A stretch of 64,000 nucleotides of DNA, taken from assembly GCA_012959805.1 (NCBI GenBank), contig DUCN01000098.1:69646-133645 (forward strand), given 5' to 3'. Below, one piece after another: positions 8,476 to 18,501 of this stretch. Under the pieces are notes generated by a model that was not told where the DNA came from, ran no database searches, and was given only the letters and a program-made list of their open reading frames with translations. The position numbers were made by a program, and so were the translations under genes. Numbering within the stretch: the first letter of the stretch is position 1; each line of letters opens with the position of its first letter. This stretch comes from Myxococcales bacterium. Its GTDB lineage: Bacteria; Myxococcota_A; UBA9160; UBA4427.

Positions 8476-9527
8476 TCAACTCGGATCGGGTGCGGGCGTA
8501 TTCGGTCCGCTTTCGGAAAGCTCGGGCTCTGCGATATAGACACTGTCCCACTCGCCCGTCAGACTGCCGAGGAACGCAACGATGTCCCCGACTTGAGCCT
8601 CCTCGAGTATCACACCGATCTGATGATGCGACATGATCTTGACCGCGGCTTCAAGGGTCATGATGGAACCGTCGTGGAAATAGGGTCCCGTCTTCGTGAC
8701 ATTTCGCAGCGATGGAACCTTGAAGACATGTCGATCTCCAGCATTGCCGGTGATCTCCTCCCGACCGATGTCTTCCGTGGGAAACGGAATCACGAAACCA
8801 AGCTTGCGATAGATCTGACCGCCGACGGCGGCTCCGGTATGACAGGTATTGCATCCAACGGACAGAAAGGTCGTTAAGCCGCGCTGTTCTGCGGTATCGA
8901 GGGCATCGTAGTCGCCCCCCATGAACGCATCGAAGCGGCCCGGCGTCATCAGGTTCCGCTCGAAGGCACCGATCGCCCGCGCCATATTGTCATAAGTGAG
9001 GCTCGCGCCCGAGGCCTTCTGATCTTCAGGGAACGCATCATCGAAAGCGCTGACATAACCGCGAATTGAAGCCAAGACTACGACCGCGAACTCCTCGGAA
9101 GGAAGTGCCATCTCGATTGGATTGTTCGGCGGGCCCTTCGCCTGCGCCTCGACGTCGGCGGCACGACCATCCCAGAATTGCGCGATATGCATGACGGCGT
9201 TGTAGACGGTGGGTGAGTTTCGGCCACCGCGCTGCCCCCATGTCCCGGGGAGGTCGGCTCATTGTCGACGCCATAGGCATCGGGAAGATGGCAGGAGTTA
9301 CATGCGATGTCGTGGTTCTTCGACAGGCGCTTGTCGTAGTAGAGCATCCGGCCCAGATCGATCTTCGCCTTCGATGCGACGTTCTCCGCATTAGGCACGC
9401 TCGCCGGAAGTGGCCCAAAGATCGAGGCCGCCCGTTCCTACAGCGCGACTGATGCGGGATCGGGCATCTCGACCGACTCGGGCGTCCCGGCACAGGCAGA
9501 ATTCAAGAGAATCAAAGAGACCAACAT
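8476..9527 (-). pseudogene. dihaem cytochrome c peroxidase (CCP/MauG family), disrupted
   Basis: Lipoprotein signal MLVSLILLNSAC. In-frame TAG at 9438-9440. First haem site CNSCH. A +/-1 frameshift at the C5 run 9235-9239 (..SPGHGG / QRGGRNSPTVYNAV..). The rest is intact with FWDGRA and the second haem site CNTCH. The total span matches a ~350-aa CCP. Confidence 0.8.
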
Positions 9528-9675
9528 GCTTGGGTTAGCCGGCTTTGGATCGCTCCCGCATCGTCGTATAGTCGTTGGCGTGCGCTTCATCTTTCGGGCT
9601 CCTCTACTCATCATTCGGGATGATTTGGCATTTTGGGATCCAACCGTCAAAAGAGCATCCCCAAAGGACGATGAA

Positions 9676-9924
9676 ATGGAATCGGACTCACAGCAGCACC
9701 CAGCCACATTTCTCTCCGTCGCCCTGCGTCGAACCGTCATGCGACGGGCGGCCGGATACGCGGTCGTGGTCGGCGCGATCCTGGTCACGATCAACCACGG
9801 CGATACGCTGCTCGCAGGCGAGTTTTCGAGGACCCTGTTGATGAAGATCGTCCTGACGACGACGGTTCCCTACTGCGTGTCCACGGCCTCCTCGGTCGGC
9901 GCGATTCGCAGCGCCGACCGATAA
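9676..9924 (+). CDS. NrtS-family small membrane protein (putative nitrate/nitrite transporter)
   Basis: 82 aa starting at MESDS. ALRRTVMRRAAGYAVVVGAILVTINHGD...TTTVPYCVST resembles NrtS-family proteins as I recall them. The upstream part of the 9526 ORF is antisense to the peroxidase start. Confidence 0.55.
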   Translation: MESDSQQHPATFLSVALRRTVMRRAAGYAVVVGAILVTINHGDTLLAGEFSRTLLMKIVLTTTVPYCVSTASSVGAIRSADR

Positions 9925-10008
9925 ACCAAACCCGACCCCACGCCGGGTCTCCGCTCCGCGGGCTCTTCGCATGGCGGGAGATTAGGGCGTGTGCAACCCT
10001 CAGCGATC

Positions 10009-11289
10009 ATGTTAGATCCTCGTAGTCTGAAAGACCGACGTTCTGAAATCGTCGAGAGCTGTCGCGCGCGTCACATCGATGCGGATGTCGATGCTGCAAT
10101 CGCGCTCCATCAGCGTGCGAGTGAGGCACGGACCGAACTCAATGAGGCGAATCGCCAGCGAAACGACCATCAGAAGTCCGGCAAGAAGAAGCTCGAGAGC
10201 GACGAAAGAGACGCGCACACCGCTCTCGGCCGCCAGCTCAAACAAGAAGTCACCACCCTCGAAGTCAGGCTTCGGGACATCGAGACCGAGTTCGAGACCG
10301 AACTCCGGCGCCTTCCCAACTACCTGCATCCAGAAACCCCGATCGGAAACGAAGAGGACTGGAAGCTGGTCTCGACCTCGGGTGAGCCCCGCAAATTCGA
10401 CTTCGCGCCCAAGGATCATCTCGTTCTCGCAAACGACCTCGATCTCGTCGACTTCGAAAACGCATCCCGCGTCGCGGGCCAGAAATTCTACTATTTGAAA
10501 CGCGAAGCCGCGCTCCTCGAACTCGCTCTCCAGCGTTTTGCTCTCGACCATGTCATGCCGAATGGTTTCATTCCGATCGTGACACCGGATCTCGCGCGTC
10601 CCGACATCATCGAAGGCCTTGGGTACAGCCCCCGTGGAAAAGAGACACAGATCTACTCGATCGAAAACCATGACCTCTGTTTGATCGGAACTTCCGAAAT
10701 CACGTTAGGCGGAATGTACGCGGATTCGATTTTCTCCGAGGAGGAACTTCCGCTTCGACTGGCCGGTATTTCTCATTGCTTCCGAACCGAGGCCGGCGCT
10801 CATGGTCGCGAGAGCAAGGGTCTCTATCGCGTCCACCAATTTACGAAGATCGAGATGTTTGTCTTTTGTCGCCCCGAGAATTCCGAAGAACATCACGCAG
10901 AGCTGCTGCGGCTCGAACAGGAAATTTTCGACGACCTCGAAATTCCGTACCGCGTCATCGATATCGCCAGTGCCGATCTTGGCGCGCCCGCCTATCGAAA
11001 ATTCGATCTCGAAGCCTGGATGCCCGGGCGGGGGGAAGCCGGCGACTGGGGTGAGATCACGAGCACATCGAATTGCACGGATTTTCAATCGCGCCGGCTG
11101 AAGATTCGTTATCGCCGGACCGGAGAAAAGAAGAAGAACGAGTTCGTCCATATGTTGAACGGCACAGCGATCAGTAATGCCCGAGCGATCGTCGCCTTTC
11201 TCGAAAATCATCAGCAGAGCGATGGCAGTATCACGATCCCCAAGGCGCTGGTTCCTTATATGGGATGCGATCACATCGGGCCGCGCTGA
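10009..11289 (+). CDS. serS: seryl-tRNA synthetase
   Basis: MLDPRSLKDRR start, N-terminal coiled-coil arm, class II motifs (FRTEAG, GTSEITL, NGTAIS..RAIVAFLENHQ). Confidence 0.95.
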   Translation: MLDPRSLKDRRSEIVESCRARHIDADVDAAIALHQRASEARTELNEANRQRNDHQKSGKKKLESDERDAHTALGRQLKQEVTTLEVRLRDIETEFETELRRLPNYLHPETPIGNEEDWKLVSTSGEPRKFDFAPKDHLVLANDLDLVDFENASRVAGQKFYYLKREAALLELALQRFALDHVMPNGFIPIVTPDLARPDIIEGLGYSPRGKETQIYSIENHDLCLIGTSEITLGGMYADSIFSEEELPLRLAGISHCFRTEAGAHGRESKGLYRVHQFTKIEMFVFCRPENSEEHHAELLRLEQEIFDDLEIPYRVIDIASADLGAPAYRKFDLEAWMPGRGEAGDWGEITSTSNCTDFQSRRLKIRYRRTGEKKKNEFVHMLNGTAISNARAIVAFLENHQQSDGSITIPKALVPYMGCDHIGPR

Positions 11290-11307
11290 GCGCCCTGCCC
11301 TTCGCCT

Positions 11308-13251
11308 ATGGCCGCCCCGAAAAGTCTCGTCCTCGGAACCGCCGGACATATCGATCATGGAAAGACCGCACTGGTTCGAGCGCTCACTGGCCGTGATCTC
11401 GACCGACTCCCCGAAGAAAAGGCACGCGGCATCACCATCGAATTGGGATTCGCTCCGCTGGAACTCCGCGATGGGATGCGGCTGGCCGTCGTCGATGTAC
11501 CCGGCCATGAAAAATTCGTACGGACGATGGTGGCCGGCGCAAGCGGACTCGATCTACTCATGCTCGTCGTCGCCGCGGATGAAGGCGTCATGCCCCAGAC
11601 CCGCGAACATCTGGCCATCTGTGAACTCTTGGGGATCCGGCGTGGGCTCGTCGTCCTGACCAAATCTGACCTCGTGGACGATGAAGAGATGCTCGAACTC
11701 GCCGCCGAAGAAGTTCGAGACGTGCTTGCGGGCGGACCGCTCGCCGATCTCGAGATCATCCCCGCGAGCGCACAAACCCATGCCGGGATCGACACGATTC
11801 GATCGGCCCTCGAAGAGCTGATCCGCACAGCGCCGGACCGCGCTGATGATGACCGCCCCTCCCGACTCTTCGTCGATCGCAGCTTCACCAAACATGGCTT
11901 CGGAACCGTCATCACGGGAACCTGGTCCGGACGGCCACGCCGTATCGGTGACACCGTCGTCCTTGAACCAGGCGGCCGAAAAGCCAAGATCCGCGGTCTC
12001 GAGCGACATGGTGAGTCGATCGAGCAAGCTGTTTCCGGAGCCCGGATTGCGGTCAATCTTCAAGGCGAGGCCCGAGACGAGATTCACCGCGGAGATTTGT
12101 TGACGGAGCAGGGCGCTCTTCTCGAAACCGAAACCTTCGATGCCAGCGTGCGCTGGATGGCGAACAATAACAGCCTCAGCGACCAGATCTCAGTCGAGTT
12201 ATTATGCGGCACAGCGGAGCGCCGGGCACGCATCGCCCCGATCGGAGACAAGCCGATCGCACCTGGCGATGACGGTTACGTACGCATTCAAATCGACGGA
12301 CCTCCCCTGGCGCTGCTTCCCGGGGATCGCTTCGTGCTGCGCGGCTTCGCACGCGATGCCGGAGTCGGCTCGACACTCGGCGGCGGTATCGCCCTGGACG
12401 TCGCCCCGCCCCATCGCCGTCGGCGCGATGCCGGCCTCATCCGGGATCTCCAACGAATGGCGGAAGACACGCCAGAGGAGGCGCTTGAAGTTCGTATCGC
12501 TCGCGCGGGCCTCGAAGGCGCACGGTCTGAAAGGCTGGCCAAAGAAACCGGCATGGACCTCGAGCGGCTACATGGCGTCCTAGACCAACTCGAATCAGCG
12601 AATCTGATCGCGCGCCTCGATCCATCCACTTCCATCTCGTCACATGCAGCCGACCGACTCACCCAAGACCTCCTCACCGGTCTACGCGAATTCCACGAGC
12701 GCGAACCGCTTCAGCCCGGCATGCCACGTGCGGCACTCGCCGGACGACTGCCGAGCAATACCGCGGGCGAAGCCGGCACCTATTTACTCACTCGCCTCGC
12801 TGCGCAGGGCGAAATCCTGATTCGCGATGAAGTCGTTTGTGCCATGGATTTCAAGTCCTCCCTTAATCCCGTCCAAACAAAGCTCGCCGACCTCCTGCGC
12901 AGCCGTTATGCGGGGGCCGGCCTCGACGCGCCGACGCTTCGATCACTCGCCGATGAACTCGATGAGGAGGCAAGTCGGCTGCGGGAACTCTGTCATTTCC
13001 TCGAACGCGAGGGCAGTCTTGTCGCGGCCCCAGATGAACTCTTCTTCGACCGGGCTGCGATCCTCGCACTCATTGAACGCGTGTTGTCGCATTTTGTGTC
13101 GAATCCAGAACTCGACACGCAGACACTCAAAGCCTTTATTGGAACCAGTCGGCGCACGGCGATGCCGCTGATGGCGCTACTCGATGACCTTCAAATCACG
13201 AGAAGAGACGGCAGTATTCGCAGGCTCCTCAATAAAACGCCGCGCTGGTAA
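11308..13251 (+). CDS. selB: selenocysteine-specific translation elongation factor
   Basis: G-domain GHIDHGKT / DVPGHEKF / TKSD, EF-Tu-like domains II-III, and a long C-terminal extension of the winged-helix type. 647 aa. Sits 18 nt after serS. Confidence 0.9.
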   Translation: MAAPKSLVLGTAGHIDHGKTALVRALTGRDLDRLPEEKARGITIELGFAPLELRDGMRLAVVDVPGHEKFVRTMVAGASGLDLLMLVVAADEGVMPQTREHLAICELLGIRRGLVVLTKSDLVDDEEMLELAAEEVRDVLAGGPLADLEIIPASAQTHAGIDTIRSALEELIRTAPDRADDDRPSRLFVDRSFTKHGFGTVITGTWSGRPRRIGDTVVLEPGGRKAKIRGLERHGESIEQAVSGARIAVNLQGEARDEIHRGDLLTEQGALLETETFDASVRWMANNNSLSDQISVELLCGTAERRARIAPIGDKPIAPGDDGYVRIQIDGPPLALLPGDRFVLRGFARDAGVGSTLGGGIALDVAPPHRRRRDAGLIRDLQRMAEDTPEEALEVRIARAGLEGARSERLAKETGMDLERLHGVLDQLESANLIARLDPSTSISSHAADRLTQDLLTGLREFHEREPLQPGMPRAALAGRLPSNTAGEAGTYLLTRLAAQGEILIRDEVVCAMDFKSSLNPVQTKLADLLRSRYAGAGLDAPTLRSLADELDEEASRLRELCHFLEREGSLVAAPDELFFDRAAILALIERVLSHFVSNPELDTQTLKAFIGTSRRTAMPLMALLDDLQITRRDGSIRRLLNKTPRW

Positions 13252-13285
13252 CAAATCCAGCCGACCGGCTCTTCCCTGCCTCAGC

Positions 13286-14752
13286 TCATCGGACGACGCG
13301 AAGACTGGCCACCGCCGCCTCGATCGAATCGAATAGAACATCGGCAACGCCTTCAATGCGAAAAACCGGAGCAATTCCGAAATAGAGGATGGCCGCCGCG
13401 CACAGCGCGAGCACGAACTGTTCATTGCTCAGCGCTCGACTCTTGGCCGATTCGTCCGCGGCTGGACGCAACATCGCGAGCAGAGGGCGGCCAACCGCGG
13501 TCAGTGCGAGAACGGTCCCCGCCAATCCGGCAAAGAGTAGAACGCGATGCCCCCCATGTTCGAGAGCAGAGAGGATCTCGACGCGCGCGACGAATCCGAC
13601 TGTGCCTGGAAAGCCGCCGAGGGAAAGCAGGAAGAGTGCGAGCAGCGCCGCTCGAATCGGGCTCTCCTGCATCATGCCGGCCAGATCCCCCACGTGTTCG
13701 CATGCACGCTCGTGATGACTGAGCGAGGAAAGAATCGCCAGCACACCGACTGCTGAAATACCCGCCGCAAATAACGCCAACAACAAGGCAGGACCACCCG
13801 CGTCCGTCGCTTCGACCAGGGCCAGTGCGAAGAAACCGGCTTGACCAACGCCCAACCAACCGACCAATCGGCGCAGCCCCATCTGCACCTGCGCCATAGC
13901 ATATCCCCAGACAAGGCCAAGACATCCCAATACGGCGAGCAGGCTTGTCAGACGTGTCGCGATCTCGCCGGGAGACAGAATGAAAGATATGCGCAGCAGA
14001 ACGAAAAATGTCGTGGCCTGGAGCGCCATCACGATATGTGCGGTCACGAAACTCGGCGCGCCTTCGTGGACGTCCGGTGACCAGGGATGAAATGGTGCGA
14101 CAACGGCTCGGGCGAGGAGGCCGAGCACGATCAGGGTCACTCCGACATCAAATAACATCGGACGCGCAACCAATTCCAGACTCAGTGAAGAGAGATCGAG
14201 GCTTCCGGTCGCCGCAAACACTAAGGCAACCCCATGGGCGAAGATGATGCTTGCAAGAACATGTGCAAAGAAAGCCTTCAGACTCGACTCGCTCGAAGAC
14301 AAACGTCGTGAATCAATCGAGATCAGCGCGACCACGGGCAGCCAGGCCAGTTCGATCGCGAGCATGAGTCCGAGTAGGTGATCGGAATGAATGGCGGATG
14401 CCATTCCCGCAAGCGAAAAGAGCACAAGGGCAATCGGTTCGGCGGGCCGGGAGCGTGCCATACCGAAATGGGTGAGCGACAGACTCAGAACCAGAAACCC
14501 AGAAAGCAACACGAACGCAACCGCGAAGAATGAGAAGTCGTCGAACATCGCGTCCGTACGGCGAGCGGCCGCCAGACTCGCGGCCAGAGCGAAGACGGCG
14601 ACGGAACCCAAACGAATTCCCGATAGTGCATTGGCTCGGGCAAGATCGCCTTCGACCGGCTGGGAGGCTGGCGAAGGTTGCGACCTCGAGAAGAGATCGA
14701 AGGCCAGCACCGCAAGTGCACCCGCGGCGACGACATGAGCCGGACTCATCAT
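13286..14752 (-). CDS. complex I subunit N-like antiporter-type membrane protein (divergent)
   Basis: Contains AIELAWLP and VAPFHPWSPDVHEGAP (compare the PFH.W.PDVY.GAP of NuoN). About 14 TM helices. 4-nt overlap with the M-like gene. Confidence 0.85.
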   Translation of the reverse strand: MMSPAHVVAAGALAVLAFDLFSRSQPSPASQPVEGDLARANALSGIRLGSVAVFALAASLAAARRTDAMFDDFSFFAVAFVLLSGFLVLSLSLTHFGMARSRPAEPIALVLFSLAGMASAIHSDHLLGLMLAIELAWLPVVALISIDSRRLSSSESSLKAFFAHVLASIIFAHGVALVFAATGSLDLSSLSLELVARPMLFDVGVTLIVLGLLARAVVAPFHPWSPDVHEGAPSFVTAHIVMALQATTFFVLLRISFILSPGEIATRLTSLLAVLGCLGLVWGYAMAQVQMGLRRLVGWLGVGQAGFFALALVEATDAGGPALLLALFAAGISAVGVLAILSSLSHHERACEHVGDLAGMMQESPIRAALLALFLLSLGGFPGTVGFVARVEILSALEHGGHRVLLFAGLAGTVLALTAVGRPLLAMLRPAADESAKSRALSNEQFVLALCAAAILYFGIAPVFRIEGVADVLFDSIEAAVASLRVVR

Positions 14753-16410
14753 TGCCTTCGCCCCATGTCATCGGGTCCCAGACCGATCGTGAGATGGACG
14801 ACCTCGATCTCGATAGCACCTTCATCCCCACCTTCGCCCTCTGAGCCGGTGGGAAGTTTTGGAGTAGCTCGCTGGTCCATCTGATTCAGGATTTCGAGCA
14901 CTGCGGGTTCAACCCGGCGCAAGATCGGATTCGGGTAGACGCCAACGAACACGATGGGAATCGTCATGGCGAGCAGCAGCGTTCGCTCGATGCGATCAAG
15001 ATCGATCAATCCGCGATTACCGGGTTTGTCCACCGGCCCGAGAAAAATCCGGCGCTGAACCCAGAGCAGATAGGAGGCGGCCACCACCATTGCCATCAGC
15101 GTGACGACCGACAATTCCCGCCGCGTCTCGAGACTTCCGAGCAGGACGAAGAGATCCCCGACAAACCCACCCAAAAGCGGCAGCCCTATGAGCGAGAAGA
15201 CCATGACCGCAAAGAAAAACGCGCAGACCGGCATCGGTTTCGCGAGCCCACCGAACGCGGCCACGTCAGTCGTGCCTCGACGCAACGCAAGCGTCCCGAT
15301 CAGGATGAAGAGGCCCGCCGTCGCCACACCATGGGTCAGGAGTTGCACGACTGCACCGGTCAGTCCCTGAACGTTCAAGGTCGAAATACCAAAGACTGCA
15401 AAGCCCACATAACCGACACACGTATACGCGACCAACCTTTTCAACTCTTTCTGGACCAGCGCGATCAGCGAGGCATAAACAAAGGCAACAATCCCGACAA
15501 CAGAAAGTGCAGGGCCTGCTGCGATCGCCGCGTCGGGGAAGAGAGGCAGCGCATAACGAAGAATGCCGAGGGCTGCGGCTTGGACAAATCCCGTTGCCAG
15601 CAGAACCGATAGGCCGGTCGGCGCCGCAGCGTGGGCAGCCGGAAGCCAGAAATGCAGGGGCACCAGGGGGAGGCGTGTCCCGAGCGAAACAGCCAGAACG
15701 AAGAAGAGCCAACCCTGATCCAGTTTCGAAACGCTCACGTCCAGTAGTGAAACACCGCTTGCTCCGGGAATCGCCACCAGGTCAAAGGTCGCCACACCCA
15801 ATTGATCCAGACTCGCCTCGCGAAGAACGAAAGCGACAAAGAGCAGTCCGGCCAGACCGATCGATTCGATCGTCCACATCCGACTCGCAGCGCGCGCGCG
15901 CCCCAGCCCGCCCCATCGCCCCATCCAAAGAAGGATCGGAAGCAGACTCGTGGCCCAGAAGAAGATGAAGGACAAGAAATTCACACTGGTGAAAAGGCCG
16001 AGCAGGCTCGTCTCGAGAAATAAACAGGTCATCACCCAACTACGAACGGACCCCTTGACCTCCCGCTCTGAAGCCAGCATGGCGATTGGTACCAGTCCCG
16101 CGGTCGAGGCCATGAAACAAAGGGCGATTCCGTCGATGCCAAATCGCATTCCTGCGCCGAAGCGATCTCCGAATCCCACGACTTCGACGAATTGGAATCC
16201 GAGCATCTCGGGATCGAATCCGAAAACGAGACCCACCACGACAAGTCCAAACGTCACCAACGTGACCCCCAACCCCAGGGTCCGCCAAACGACTTCGGGC
16301 AGCGAGCGCAGTCCTATGAAATTCAGGAGCAATCCCGTTCCCAGGAGCACGAGCGCGGCGGCCGCCGGTAGCGCCACAATCAATGACAGGATGTGTTCGG
16401 CGTAGTCCAT
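14749..16410 (-). CDS. complex I subunit M-like antiporter-type membrane protein (divergent)
   Basis: PLHFWLPAAHAAAPT and FFWATSLLPILLWMGRWGG align to the NuoM PLH.WLPDAH..APT and FFWE..L.PMY...WG motifs. Confidence 0.85.
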   Translation of the reverse strand: MDYAEHILSLIVALPAAAALVLLGTGLLLNFIGLRSLPEVVWRTLGLGVTLVTFGLVVVGLVFGFDPEMLGFQFVEVVGFGDRFGAGMRFGIDGIALCFMASTAGLVPIAMLASEREVKGSVRSWVMTCLFLETSLLGLFTSVNFLSFIFFWATSLLPILLWMGRWGGLGRARAASRMWTIESIGLAGLLFVAFVLREASLDQLGVATFDLVAIPGASGVSLLDVSVSKLDQGWLFFVLAVSLGTRLPLVPLHFWLPAAHAAAPTGLSVLLATGFVQAAALGILRYALPLFPDAAIAAGPALSVVGIVAFVYASLIALVQKELKRLVAYTCVGYVGFAVFGISTLNVQGLTGAVVQLLTHGVATAGLFILIGTLALRRGTTDVAAFGGLAKPMPVCAFFFAVMVFSLIGLPLLGGFVGDLFVLLGSLETRRELSVVTLMAMVVAASYLLWVQRRIFLGPVDKPGNRGLIDLDRIERTLLLAMTIPIVFVGVYPNPILRRVEPAVLEILNQMDQRATPKLPTGSEGEGGDEGAIEIEVVHLTIGLGPDDMGRRQ

Positions 16411-16444
16411 CAGGATCTCATGGCTCTAAACGCATTCGCCGCGC

Positions 16445-18487
16445 TCATTGCAGCATCCAGCTGACGATGACCAGGACCGTGAGCAGCCCAAGCAGCGCAT
16501 AGCTCTGCAATCGGCCGTTCTGGAGTCGGCGAAGTCCGCTCCAGACGAAGCGACGAGCCAGGCCGGAACCACCGGAAACTACAATGCGATCGATCAACCG
16601 AGTCTCGATGAGGCCAACCAATGCCCAGCGCGAAAGCGCCTTAAGCGGACGGACCAGGACCAGGTCGTAGAATTGTTCGACGAAAAACATTTCGCGCATC
16701 ACGCCTTGCGATAAAAGAACGGCCTGCTGTTTCGATTGTCCCTGGTATCCGCGACGCGCATAACGCCATGCGGCGATGCCTCCGCCCAAAGCAATGCTCA
16801 CGAGCAGCCCGAGAATCAGACGAATCCGAGCAGCACCGAGCAGCAAGGGATCTGGATTGCCAACAAGAGAGCCTGCCATGAAATGACCGACCGAATCCAT
16901 CTGCTCCACGCCCCAGGGACTTCCCCAATATTGCGAAGGCGTGAGAACACCCGCCACGACGGCAATCACCGCAAGCACCGTCAGTCCATGCTGCGTCCAG
17001 CCAACCGGGTCTCGCAATCGTTCTTGCGAAAGACCTCCCTGGCGAACGTTGCCCCAGAAGATCAGGAAGTAGGCGCGTCCCAGCGCAAAAGCCAGAATGC
17101 CGATCGACAGCATAATGGTCATGATCAAAAACCAGCGATCCGGACGCTCGGAAATGGCGATGAATGCCAGAATTTCTTCGATCGAGAAGAAGTTCGAGAA
17201 AGGCGGACATCCGACCAACGCGAGACACCCACCCGCCGCCATCACGTTCGTCCAGCGCATCGTGAGTGCGAGCCCGCCCATCCGACGAATATCGGTTTCA
17301 CCCCGCAAGGTGATCACTACAATTCCCAGAACAAGCAGGAGCTGCGCTTTGATGAAGGCATGAGTGAGGAGCAAAAACGCACCGGCCGAATACGCGCCGA
17401 TGCCTATGCTGATGATCACAAGTCCCAGCAGACTCGATGTCGTATAGGCAATCAATTTCGGCAGAGACCACTGCGCGCTGGCCGCCAGACTGGCCATGAA
17501 CATGGTCAACACCCCGGCGATGACGAGAAACATCCGTGCAATCGGCGCGCTGTCGAGCAGAAAGGAGAAGCGCAACAAGAGATAAACACCCACCACGACG
17601 GTGGTTGCCGATTGCATCAAGGCGTTTGCCGGAATTGGCCCGGCCGACGCGTTCGGAAGCCAAAAATGAAGTGGAAACTGCGCACATTTCGTGAGCGCCG
17701 CGAGCACGAGTCCAATCCCCACGATCTCGAGTAGAAGCGGAGGTGACCCCGCACTCCATTCGAGCCACGCAAGGCCCTGTCCATCAAGCAGGCGGAATGC
17801 CGACTCGATCCCGCGAAAACTGAGCACCGGCGCATTCGCCCGAGACAACCCATCAAAGAGCAGAAGGATCGCGGCAAGAAGTCCTAGGTCGCCGACCCGC
17901 CCCACCACGAAAGTCACGGCACCAGCGCGCGAGGCTGTGCGTTCCTCGTAATCGAAGGAAGCGAAGAGCTGTGAGGCAACACCGACGATCGTCCAGCCCA
18001 GAAAAAGCAGCAGCAAATTGTCGGCCAAAATCAGGACGAGCGTGCCACCGACTAACAAGTCGAGCATGGCAAACATTCGATGCCCCGATTCGGAGGTCAG
18101 CGTCCCATCGCGAAAAAGCCCGATCGTATAGATGTAGACTGTCAATGCGATCAAAGTAATCGCGAGACAGAAAACCGCGGAGAGGGGATCGAGCTGGAAG
18201 GTCAGTTCAGCGCTGAAGCTTCGGCCACCCACACCGCCACCGATCCAGGGGCCGAGACTATCGAGTATCCGCTGACTACGACCGACACCGACAAGATCGA
18301 AGACCGTCAGTACACTGAGGCCGAAGGAGGCGGCGATGGCCGAAAGTGAAATGCCCCAGATCGACCGATCGGTGAGTCTGGCACGAACGAGTCCGATCAA
18401 GAGTCCGTGAGCGACCGCTGCAATAAAGGGCAGAATCGCAATCCAACGGACCATCGAAAACGGAACGCCAACTCCCCATTCGTTCAC
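16445..18487 (-). CDS. complex I subunit L-like antiporter-type membrane protein with C-terminal lateral-helix extension (divergent)
   Basis: ILADNLLLLFLGWTIVG, TKCAQFPLHFWLPNASAGPIP and LTHAFIKA align to NuoL motifs. 680 aa with a long C-terminal extension. Confidence 0.85.
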   Translation of the reverse strand: MNEWGVGVPFSMVRWIAILPFIAAVAHGLLIGLVRARLTDRSIWGISLSAIAASFGLSVLTVFDLVGVGRSQRILDSLGPWIGGGVGGRSFSAELTFQLDPLSAVFCLAITLIALTVYIYTIGLFRDGTLTSESGHRMFAMLDLLVGGTLVLILADNLLLLFLGWTIVGVASQLFASFDYEERTASRAGAVTFVVGRVGDLGLLAAILLLFDGLSRANAPVLSFRGIESAFRLLDGQGLAWLEWSAGSPPLLLEIVGIGLVLAALTKCAQFPLHFWLPNASAGPIPANALMQSATTVVVGVYLLLRFSFLLDSAPIARMFLVIAGVLTMFMASLAASAQWSLPKLIAYTTSSLLGLVIISIGIGAYSAGAFLLLTHAFIKAQLLLVLGIVVITLRGETDIRRMGGLALTMRWTNVMAAGGCLALVGCPPFSNFFSIEEILAFIAISERPDRWFLIMTIMLSIGILAFALGRAYFLIFWGNVRQGGLSQERLRDPVGWTQHGLTVLAVIAVVAGVLTPSQYWGSPWGVEQMDSVGHFMAGSLVGNPDPLLLGAARIRLILGLLVSIALGGGIAAWRYARRGYQGQSKQQAVLLSQGVMREMFFVEQFYDLVLVRPLKALSRWALVGLIETRLIDRIVVSGGSGLARRFVWSGLRRLQNGRLQSYALLGLLTVLVIVSWMLQ

Positions 18488-18501
18488 GAAGCCATAGCCT
18501 C

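Noticed and set aside
9438-9440. The in-frame TAG in the peroxidase gene as a recoded codon (pyrrolysine) or as evidence of stop-codon reassignment.
   Set aside because: TAG is the ordinary stop of several clearly complete genes here (337-339, 1599-1601, 2141-2143, 6623-6625). No pyl genes are visible, and the same gene also carries a frameshift.
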